A stretch of 64,000 nucleotides of DNA from Cycloclasticus sp. (lineage in GTDB: Bacteria; Pseudomonadota; Gammaproteobacteria; Methylococcales; Cycloclasticaceae). The notes beneath the pieces are model-generated. The model saw only the letters and a list, made by a program, of their open reading frames with translations. It was not told where the DNA came from and made no database searches. The position numbers and the translations under genes are program-made. The DNA is taken from the NCBI GenBank assembly GCA_039830885.1, contig JBDOOJ010000055.1:1406-65405 (forward strand), read 5' to 3'. Below, piece by piece: positions 54,480-64,000 of the stretch; within the stretch, counting starts at the first letter, position 1, and each line of letters opens with the position of its first letter.

Positions 54480-54998
54480 TCATGAAGGGTCGTTTGGTTT
54501 TCTCTGAAATTGCGCTAGTTGCCTAATGTCGTACAAACCGCTTTCGACGAAGCGTTTTTCTACAACAGATACCATGTGTGCTAGAAAAACTATTTTACCT
54601 GTATCTCTCCACCAAGCGGTTCCACCTGGAGTTGAAGTAAGACACGCGAACCATGTTAAATAAGTTTCGTAAGTTTCTTTTTCGAGCTGACCGGATTCGA
54701 ACTGTGCCAGTACGCCTTGAAAGAGTAAAGCATCATCGGTGAGCATGGTTGAAAACAATATATTGTCTTCATAGGGCATGTTTGGGTAATCCCAATGGCC
54801 TTCCCTGTAAGCACTTGCATTGTTGATGTCTAGATGATGACTAATAGTTTTTCGGTAGTCTTGTGTAATGATAAGTCTACTCGCAGCACGTTCTGTTTTG
54901 GTGTTATCACGTACTTGAATGGATAGGTAAATCAGTGTGGCAATAATGCCTGCCGCACCAATTATTTCACTAACAGCCGTTATAATTTCCCAATTCAT
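54480..54998 (-). CDS. Hypothetical protein with N-terminal TM helix
   Basis: 172-aa ORF with GAGG RBS; N-terminus EIIGAAGIIATLIYLSIQVR. Confidence 0.65.
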   Translation of the reverse strand: MNWEIITAVSEIIGAAGIIATLIYLSIQVRDNTKTERAASRLIITQDYRKTISHHLDINNASAYREGHWDYPNMPYEDNILFSTMLTDDALLFQGVLAQFESGQLEKETYETYLTWFACLTSTPGGTAWWRDTGKIVFLAHMVSVVEKRFVESGLYDIRQLAQFQRKPNDPS

Positions 54999-55159
54999 AG
55001 GCCCTCTAGATGTTTTGATTTATTTTGTGTAGCCATAATATTTGGCGAAAGCTCCCCGATTATATAACGTGAAGATAGAAATTCTGTAAATGGAGCTGTG
55101 CCATGCGAGTTGAGTTGTAGTAGTTGCTTCATGCGGTAAAGCATATAGGCTTTACGAGT

Positions 55160-55195
55160 AAAAAAATACCCGTACTACTTGAATAGTAATACGGG
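55160..55195 (-). terminator. Intrinsic terminator after merA
   Basis: Minus strand CCCGTATTACT-ATTCA-AGTAGTACGGG followed by TATTTTTTT. Confidence 0.7.
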
Positions 55196-55235
55196 CTAGG
55201 GGAGGGGATTGACCCCTCGCGAGGAATAATTTAGC

Positions 55236-57063
<1,828 letters not shown>

Positions 57064-57096
57064 GATAAAACTCCATTTGATAACTAATATGGAGCC

Positions 57097-57128
57097 AGTA
57101 TAACTACCGTACCTAGGTACGGAGTCAA
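57097..57128 (-). promoter_or_regulatory. MerR-dependent promoter/operator of merCA
   Basis: Minus strand TTGACT-CCGTACCTAGGTACGGTAGT-TATACT: elongated 20-bp spacer with a perfect palindrome like the Tn21/Tn501 operator CCGTAC-N4-GTACGG. Confidence 0.9.
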
Positions 57129-57173
57129 GAGAATTTAGTGCATTAAATTTTGAGGGGCAGGGAAAGAACTAAA

Positions 57174-57578
57174 TTATGTAGAAGAATCATCAATGAGTGA
57201 GTCAATGATGGGGCAATGCGAGTGGTCTGAATTGGTGGCGCACTGTTGTGTGTATTCATCCAAAACAGTGGCCATTTTAGATAAATCCGTCATTTTTTTT
57301 CGAATGAGTTGCAGTTTATCTTCGCCCATTTGAGCGGCCGTTTCGCACTGTTCGTCGCTCATGTCCAATAATTGGCCTATTTCCTTTAACGAAAACCCAA
57401 GTTGCTGGGCGCGCTTTATAAAATGAATACGCTTAAGTGTTTCATCAGAATAGGCTCTATAACCAATGGTAGGTTTTTCAGGTTGTTGAATTAAACCAAT
57501 GCGCTGGTAATACCGTATCGTTTCAACATTGATATTGGCTGTCTTTGCCAATTGCCCAATGGTGAGTTGGCCGGCCAT
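57174..57578 (-). CDS. merR: Hg(II)-responsive regulator MerR
   Basis: LTIGQLA...NVETIRYYQR, FIKRAQQLGFSL; three Cys (C-E, C-A, CPII). Confidence 0.9.
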   Translation of the reverse strand: MAGQLTIGQLAKTANINVETIRYYQRIGLIQQPEKPTIGYRAYSDETLKRIHFIKRAQQLGFSLKEIGQLLDMSDEQCETAAQMGEDKLQLIRKKMTDLSKMATVLDEYTQQCATNSDHSHCPIIDSLIDDSST

Positions 57579-57582
57579 TTAC

Positions 57583-58845
57583 TTATACGTCAAACGGTTC
57601 GTTAAGAATTTTAGCAACCGGCAGGTTCTTTAAGCGAACGTACTGCGGGAGGCCGTTTACATACGGTGGGTAATCTTCCCCGATAATCAACGGGCGTAAA
57701 TATTCTTCACACGCTGCGGTAATGCCAAAGCCATCATCGCTTATATAGTTTGCTGGCAGTTTTTGCTCGACGTTCGCAACGTCTTTTAGATCGCCAACGC
57801 CAATTTTCCATTGGTATGGGCTATTGCTGGTGCGAACAATTGTCGGCATAACGGCAGTTTTGCCATCTAGTGCTAGTTCTAAAGCAGCTTTACCCATTGC
57901 ATACGCTTGATCAACGTCAGTTTTAGAGGCGATATGTCGTGCGGCGCGTTGCAAATAATCGGCCACAGCCCAATGATACTTATAACCAAATTCAGATTTA
58001 ATCATTTCAGCGACAACTGGTGCAACGCCGCCTAATTGGGCATGCCCAAATGCATCACGCGTGCCAGATTCAGCTAAGAATTGTCCCTCTGGATTTTTAA
58101 CGCCTTCCGAAACAACAATGCAGCAAAAGCCGTATTTTTTAACTGTTTCATCAACCTTGGCTAGAAACTTTTCTTTGTTAAATACAATCTCAGGAAACAA
58201 GATGATATGAGGGGATTCGCCCTCATTCTCAGCGGCTAGCCCGCCTGCGGCGGCAATCCAACCCGCGTGGCGGCCCATCACTTCAAGCACAAATACTTTG
58301 GTGGATGTTCTGGCCATAGAGGCCACATCAAACCCTGCTTCGCGAATAGACACGGCAACGTATTTGGCAACCGAGCCAAAGCCTGGGCAGTTGTCGGTTA
58401 GCGGTAAATCGTTATCCACGGTTTTAGGAATGCCGATGCAGCGTAAATCGTGACCTAGTGAGGCACTTAATTGCGATAGTTTGTTGGTGGTGTCTTGCGA
58501 GTCACCACCGCCGTTGTAAAAAAAGTAGCCGATGTTGTGCGCTTTAAATACGGCAATTAAACGTTCGTATTCAGCACGGTTTTCTTCAAAACTTTTTAAT
58601 TTATAGCGGCACGAGCCAAACGCACCAGAGGGCGTGTGGCGCAAAGCTGCTATGTCTTCAATCGATTCGAGGCTGGTATCAATCAGATCTTCAGTTAAGG
58701 CGCCAATAATGCCATTACGCCCCGCATATACTTTGCCGATTTGATCGCTGTGTTGACGGGCGGTTTCAATGAGGCCGCAAGCACTGGCGTTAATAACGGC
58801 AGTAACACCGCCAGATTGAGCGTAAAAAGCATTTTTTAGAGTCAT
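57583..58845 (-). CDS. pfp: 6-phosphofructokinase, probably PPi-dependent
   Basis: AQSGGVTAVIN, NGGGDS (Asp at the PPi-determining site), PKTVDND, EVMGRHAGW. Confidence 0.85.
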   Translation of the reverse strand: MTLKNAFYAQSGGVTAVINASACGLIETARQHSDQIGKVYAGRNGIIGALTEDLIDTSLESIEDIAALRHTPSGAFGSCRYKLKSFEENRAEYERLIAVFKAHNIGYFFYNGGGDSQDTTNKLSQLSASLGHDLRCIGIPKTVDNDLPLTDNCPGFGSVAKYVAVSIREAGFDVASMARTSTKVFVLEVMGRHAGWIAAAGGLAAENEGESPHIILFPEIVFNKEKFLAKVDETVKKYGFCCIVVSEGVKNPEGQFLAESGTRDAFGHAQLGGVAPVVAEMIKSEFGYKYHWAVADYLQRAARHIASKTDVDQAYAMGKAALELALDGKTAVMPTIVRTSNSPYQWKIGVGDLKDVANVEQKLPANYISDDGFGITAACEEYLRPLIIGEDYPPYVNGLPQYVRLKNLPVAKILNEPFDV

Positions 58846-59057
58846 GAATAACGGGGTGTTTGCTAAATTATGTGCATTATAAAGGTTGAATATACAAATT
58901 ACTTAACCGTTCTTCGCTATGGGTCACAAAATAGCCGTTATGACATTAAGAATAGCCGTCGATTTAAGCTATAGTTAACGAGGAAGATAAAAATCACCTG
59001 CCAACATGGTTTGAAGCGTGGGCGATATAAATTAACAAATTTAATAGGGTATAAAAC

Positions 59058-60863
59058 AGGTCTCTGTCTAAACAATTACTGTCTCTTATACTGGCTTTAT
59101 TTTTGATGATTTTCAGTGTGAACTTTATGCTGAGTGTTGAAAATATTAGAAGTTACCTTGAAGGTGAATCACAAATTCATGCGCAAGATACCGCAACATC
59201 GCTCGGTCTTTCTCTAAGCCCATATTTGGTGGATGAGAAAGATCCTGTTCTTGAAACCATGATGAACGCGATATTTGATCGAGGTTATTACAAACAAATT
59301 AAATTGGTTAATGTAGAAGCTGAGCCATTAGTAACACTGACGAACGATAAAAACGTTGAAACAGTTCCTAGTTGGTTTATCGACTATTTACCAATGAAGG
59401 CAGCGATTGGCGAGAGTGAAATAAGCTCAGGATGGAATATTAGCGGTACTGTTACGGTAGAAATCAATTCAGGGTATGCCTATCACAAACTTTACGAACA
59501 AGTTAAAACCAGCTTTTACTATTCGATAGGTACCTTTATTATTTCAATTGTTTTGTTGTTATTTGTCTTGCAAATCACCTTGTCTTCATTGAAAAGAATA
59601 GGGGAAATGGCTGAAAGAATCTCAGCTGGAAGCTTTGATGTAATAAAGCCGTTGCCGTGGACACTAGAAGTAAAGCGCGTGGCCATATCAATGAATATTA
59701 TGTCCGGAAAAGTTGAAAAGGCCATCGAAAACTTAAATGACAAACTAAAAAGAATTGGCCAGAAACTTCAGCTAGATGACTTGACGGGGTTGAGTAAAAA
59801 AAGCAGTTTTGAGTCAGACATGAAAGATGTGCTGGCGACACATTCTGATGCATTTGTTTTTACAGTAAAAATTGATGCGCTAAGCAGTTTGGTTAAAGAA
59901 CTGGGTAATGACTCGATAGATCAATTTATAAAAGATTTTGCAGCAATCTTGAAAGGGTCTGAAGGGCATGTGGGGAAAGGGGAGGTTTCAGCGTATCGAT
60001 TTTTTGGTTCTGAATTTGCTCTGTTAGCACGCGGAATAAGCGCTGAAGGTACGGAGAAGTTAGCGAAGTCGTTAAGTGCAGAGTTTTCAGAGCTAGGTGA
60101 AAAGTACAATAAAGTTGATATTGCGCATATTGGTGTGGCTGCATTTGACCCATTTAGCACAGTAGAGAGTATTTTATTGGCTGCAAATGAGGCGTATGAA
60201 CAAGCGCAGTTAATCGGCACAAATAGTTACTACATTCGCAAAGGTGAAGATAGGGCTAAAGATATGGCTGAATGGAAAGAGCTAGTATTCGAGATTATCG
60301 ACAGAAATGACTTCAAGGTATCTTACGTTGGTGAAGTCTCAAACCTTTTAACAAACGAAGTGATGATGACAGATGCGTTTTCTGAAGCCTTAGATAAAAA
60401 TGGTGACGTGCTTTCAATTGGCACGTTTGTTTCGATTGCGGAGAAATTCGTTAAGATTGTTGACCTTGATAAAGGTGTGACATCACGTGTGGTTGAGCAT
60501 ATCAAAACCCAAAACATTAAACACTCGGTCGCTATAAATTTGTCAAACCGAACAATTAAAAACAGTGACTTTAGGGCTTGGTTAGCAAAGCTCTTAAGCG
60601 ACAATCAAGAAATAGCAAGCCAGCTGGTGTTTAGTTTATCAGCGTATGCGGTGACCAAAGAAGTCGGTGCGTATAAAGAGTTTATTGCCTTTGTTCGTGG
60701 GTTGAAAGCTAAGGTCATCATTAAGCGCTTTGAGACTCAGTTGATGTCTCCAGATATTCTCAAGGAACTAAAGCCGGATTTTATTCGTTTGGCGAGAGAT
60801 ATTGGCAACGCCTCTGAGACAGGGTTAGAAGTGAGTAACTACGGGACCCCTGAGATGAATTGA
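59058..60863 (+). pseudogene. lapD: LapD/MoxY-type c-di-GMP receptor (periplasmic-HAMP-degenerate GGDEF-EAL); start codon apparently lost, C-terminus truncated
   Basis: In-frame AGG-SLSKQLL... upstream of the annotated ORF resembles the LapD N-terminus MSLxKQL; HAQDTATSLGLSL, IFDxGYY, SSGW; degenerate FFGSEF; the EAL region ends abruptly after FIRLARDIGN. Confidence 0.7.
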
Positions 60864-60921
60864 ATTAATAATCTGTATAGCAATGAACGTTGTTAAATCA
60901 ATGGCTACAGCGTGTGTTAGT

Positions 60922-60998
60922 TGGTGCGCCCGGCGGGATTCGAACCCACGACCTTTGGTTTCGGAAACCAATATTCTATCCAGCTGAACTACGGGCAC
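60922..60998 (-). tRNA. tRNA-Arg(CCG)
   Basis: GTGCCCGTAGTTCAGCTGGATAGAATATTGGTTTCCGAAACCAAAGGTCGTGGGTTCGAATCCCGCCGGGCGCACCA; 77 nt, anticodon loop TTCCGAA, encoded CCA. Confidence 0.96.
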
Positions 60999-61018
60999 AT
61001 TGATAAGTTACTATTATA

Positions 61019-61088
61019 TGGTATCGCACTGGAACCCTAGCGCTTGACCTTCGGAAACCGATATTCTATCCAGCTGAACTACGGGCAC
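61019..61088 (-). pseudogene. Degenerate tRNA-Arg copy (near-identical 5' half, unrelated or decayed 3' half)
   Basis: 61050-61093 repeats 60960-61003 with a 90-bp period and one mismatch; the 3' part cannot form a full acceptor stem or T arm. Confidence 0.7.
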
Positions 61089-61231
61089 ATTGAAAGTTTG
61101 CAATATTATAGCGCGATATTTTTAATGAATAGGTTGTTTGCGTGGATTGAATGGCAATAAAGCGCAGTTTCTATTTAAGAGAGAATCACTTGGGTTATAA
61201 TCAATAAAATGCATGAGACTGGAGTAATGAC

Positions 61232-61714
61232 GTGAGCGAAGATAAACAAATTTTAAATGATATAGGCAAAGTAATTGGGTTATTAATTGCTGTTGCCGTT
61301 GTTATTTCAGTTATTGCCATAACCTTAGTTGGGGATGAAATAATTAGCGGGGCTAAATTTCAAGAGAAGAAAGTGCTAGATAGAATTAAACCACTCGGTG
61401 TTGTTGCAACGACAGCTGCAGAAGCTAAAGAGGCTAGTCCCATGGTTGAAGCAGTGTCTGTTGAAAAAGGCCCGATGACGGCAGAACAAATTTACAATAC
61501 TGCGTGTATGGCTTGCCATACAACAGGGGCGGCAGGTGCACCTAAAACTGGTGATGTTGCAGCCTGGGCACCGCGTATTGCACAAGGTGCCGATGTGTTG
61601 TTTGAACATGCAACCAAAGGATTTAAAGGGATGCCGCCTCGGGGTGGTTCACCGCAATTGTCAGACGAAGATATAACCGCGGCGATTGATTTTATGGTGG
61701 CTAATAGCCAATAA
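61232..61714 (+). CDS. Cytochrome c5 family protein
   Basis: N-terminal TM, RIKPLG, CMACH, GAAGAPK.GD..AW..R, MPPRGG. Confidence 0.92.
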   Translation: MSEDKQILNDIGKVIGLLIAVAVVISVIAITLVGDEIISGAKFQEKKVLDRIKPLGVVATTAAEAKEASPMVEAVSVEKGPMTAEQIYNTACMACHTTGAAGAPKTGDVAAWAPRIAQGADVLFEHATKGFKGMPPRGGSPQLSDEDITAAIDFMVANSQ

Positions 61715-61717
61715 GCG

Positions 61718-63727
61718 TTAAGACGATTTCAATAAGCTTTTCATAAGGGCCAAGCTTTGTTGGCCCTTTTTCTTTTGCTCTTCTGGATTCGGTTTATTAA
61801 CAGCGGGCCAGTCTAAATCTTCAAGAGGTAGTTCAGTTAAAAAACGACTGGGTTCGGTTGATGTGATATCGCCGTATTTTTTGCGCTGAGAACAATAGCT
61901 AAAGGTAAGCTGTTTTTGCGCCCTTGTAATGCCGACGTAGGCGAGTCGCCGTTCCTCTTCGATTTGCTCGCTATCAATACTATTTTGGTGGGGCAATATG
62001 CCTTCTTCCATGCCAATTAAATACACGTATGGAAACTCCAACCCTTTTGCAGCGTGTAGCGTCATTAGCTTGATTTGATCAGTTTTTTCTTCTTCCTCAT
62101 TTCGTTCCAAACTATCCAACAGCATCATACGAGAGACAATATCACCGAGGGTGCGTTCTTCTTTAGATTTCTTTGCGCTATTATCAATCCACTTGATGAG
62201 TTCTAACACGTTGTTTATTTTGCGTTCAGCCTGTTTGTCGCTGTTGGCATGTGCCTTTATCCAATCGTAATAATCGATGTCTTGAATCATTTGATGCAAA
62301 ATGGCGATGGGGTCTTCCTGTTGCGTTTGATCAGACAGGCGAACAACCCAGTCGCAGAATGAACGAAGTTTGTGATACGTGCGCTTATTTAATTGTTGCT
62401 CTAACCCTATTTCGAAGCATGCATCGAATAAGCTGATGTGGCGTTCATTTGCGTAGAGGGCCAATTTCTCAATGGTTGTGGTACCAATTTCACGGCGGGG
62501 TGTGTTGATAACGCGTAAGAAGGCGCTGTTATCGTCCGGGTTAATTAATAATTTTATGTAACACAAAACGTCTTTAATCTCGGTGTGTGAGAAGAACGAC
62601 GTGCCGCCGCTAATAACGTAAGGTAAAGACAGTTCTCGTAGGCTTTTTTCTAATAATCGAGCCTGGTGGTTACTGCGATAAAGGATGGCGAAATCGGCAT
62701 TGTTTGCTCGGTGCTTGAATTTAACACGAGAAATTTCAGCTGCAATTTGCTGAGATTCTGAAAATTCATCTTTGCATTTAATCACGTTTATTTTGTTGTC
62801 GCTTTTAATGTTACTCCACAGATTCTTTTCGTATAAATGCGGGTTGTTACTGATGAGTTGGTTAGCAGCTTTTAGGATGCGTTGGTTCGAACGATAGTTT
62901 TGTTCAAGTTTGATGATGTTTAAGCGTGGGAAGTCCTTGTTTAAAGTAAACAAATTTTCAGGGTTTGCGCCACGCCACGCGTAAATAGATTGATCATCAT
63001 CGCCTACCACGGTGAATTGGCCAATTGAGCCGACGAGGTGTTTAAAAAATTCATATTGTGTGGTGTTAGTGTCTTGGTATTCGTCGAGCAACAGATAGCG
63101 GGTGCTGTTTTGCCACTTTTCCAATACGCTTGGGTGTTCTTTGAATAGAATTAACGGTGTGAGAATCAAGTCATCAAAATCGACCGCATTGCAAACGCGA
63201 TTATATTGTTGATATTGTTCGTATAACGCGGCGGCAAATTGCTGTTGAGAATCCTCAGCAACTGACATTGCTTGAGCGGGTTGCAGAGCTTGGTTTTTCC
63301 AGTCGGATATTTGCCAAGAAAGCGGCGATATTTGTGCTTTGTCTAATTTGTGCCCGCCATTGTCTAGGATGTCTTGTAGGGTTTTGAACTTGTCTTGTTC
63401 ATCAAGAATACTGATGTTCTTTTTAAGCCCAAGCGTTTGGTGTTCTTTGCGAATAATGTCTAAACCAAGGGAATGGAAGGTGGAAATTCGAATACCTTTG
63501 GTTTTTTTAGTTGAACAGAGTTTATCCACGCGTGAGCGCATTTCTTTAGCCGCCTTATTGGTGAAGGTAAGGGCGGTTATGTGCTTGGCCTCAACGCCGT
63601 TATTTATTAGGTAAGAAATTTTTTCGGTAATCACCCGCGTTTTGCCGCTACCCGCACCGGCGATAACCAATAAAGGCGTGTCGGTGGTGGTAACGGCTTT
63701 TTGTTGCTCTGGGTTGAGTTTGGGCAC
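61718..63727 (-). CDS. rep: ATP-dependent DNA helicase Rep
   Basis: AGAGSGKTRVITEKI, DEYQDTN, VGDDDQSIYAWRGA, TLHAAKGLEF, EERRLAYVGITRA. Confidence 0.92.
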   Translation of the reverse strand: MPKLNPEQQKAVTTTDTPLLVIAGAGSGKTRVITEKISYLINNGVEAKHITALTFTNKAAKEMRSRVDKLCSTKKTKGIRISTFHSLGLDIIRKEHQTLGLKKNISILDEQDKFKTLQDILDNGGHKLDKAQISPLSWQISDWKNQALQPAQAMSVAEDSQQQFAAALYEQYQQYNRVCNAVDFDDLILTPLILFKEHPSVLEKWQNSTRYLLLDEYQDTNTTQYEFFKHLVGSIGQFTVVGDDDQSIYAWRGANPENLFTLNKDFPRLNIIKLEQNYRSNQRILKAANQLISNNPHLYEKNLWSNIKSDNKINVIKCKDEFSESQQIAAEISRVKFKHRANNADFAILYRSNHQARLLEKSLRELSLPYVISGGTSFFSHTEIKDVLCYIKLLINPDDNSAFLRVINTPRREIGTTTIEKLALYANERHISLFDACFEIGLEQQLNKRTYHKLRSFCDWVVRLSDQTQQEDPIAILHQMIQDIDYYDWIKAHANSDKQAERKINNVLELIKWIDNSAKKSKEERTLGDIVSRMMLLDSLERNEEEEKTDQIKLMTLHAAKGLEFPYVYLIGMEEGILPHQNSIDSEQIEEERRLAYVGITRAQKQLTFSYCSQRKKYGDITSTEPSRFLTELPLEDLDWPAVNKPNPEEQKKKGQQSLALMKSLLKSS

Positions 63728-63777
63728 AGCGAAAAATCGTGTCGAAAAAGAAAAAGAATTTTACCTGTTTTTTCGCC

Positions 63778-64000
63778 CTATGTGACGCGTTTATCCATGC
63801 GTCGGTAACTGAGCGCTTCGGTTAAATGATGACGTTGTATATTCGTTTCCCCATCCATGCCGGCAATGGTTCTGGAGACCCTTAAAATACGGTGATAAGC
63901 ACGATGCGATAGACCCAGTTTTTCAATTGCGTTTTCTAGTAGTGAATGGTCATCGTCGCTAATTTCGCAATGTTGCTTGATTTGTGAGGTTGATAATAAG
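63778..64000 (-). CDS. comM: ComM/YifB Mg-chelatase-like ATPase, C-terminal fragment (runs off the right edge)
   Basis: Minus strand ...LENAIEKLGLSHRAYHRILRVSRTIA...HLTEALSYR...; comM-rep synteny. Confidence 0.85.
   Translation of the reverse strand, partial: LLSTSQIKQHCEISDDDHSLLENAIEKLGLSHRAYHRILRVSRTIAGMDGETNIQRHHLTEALSYRRMDKRVT

Noticed and set aside
60837-60845. AACTACGGG matching the tRNA-Arg 5' end as a third copy or att core
   Set aside because: Only 9 bp with dissimilar flanks; compatible with chance.

Overview
Chromosomal window from a marine gammaproteobacterium of about 43-45% GC (estimated by eye). Gene content (several aromatic oxygenases, PPi-type PFK, mer genes) suggests a Cycloclasticus-like hydrocarbon degrader; this taxonomy is inference. 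The backbone is housekeeping: argH 3' end, cyaA, prx/oxyR, lptM-lysA-dapF-DUF484-xerC, hslVU, ubiEJB, tkt-pgk, glnK-amtB, an EF-G paralog, pfp, tRNA-Arg(CCG), cytochrome c5, rep and the comM 3' end. Accessory highlights: (1) a non-canonical heteroaromatic catabolic cluster at 29.1-35.1 kb, where an XylM-type monooxygenase and a CarAa-type angular dioxygenase converge on a second Rieske alpha/beta dioxygenase, a hydrolase and a BphC-type extradiol dioxygenase, with no ferredoxin or reductase; (2) an adjacent TetR-controlled MMPL + LolA-like + outer-membrane barrel transport triad; (3) a di-haem cytochrome c peroxidase coupled to a DAHL-PAS-GAF-GGDEF-EAL sensor; (4) two inverted copies of a ~139-bp IS5-like MITE, one carrying a nested 36-bp insert; (5) a minimal mer module with merR directly downstream of pfp; (6) a duplicated tRNA 5' half and a probable integration scar truncating lapD; (7) an unannotated 32-aa ORF coupled at both ends. 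Lesions (nonsense, frameshift, lost start, truncation) fall almost entirely in cyclic-nucleotide and other signalling genes, while core genes are intact. Protein family calls come from recognised motifs and recalled family sequences; no database searches were run.
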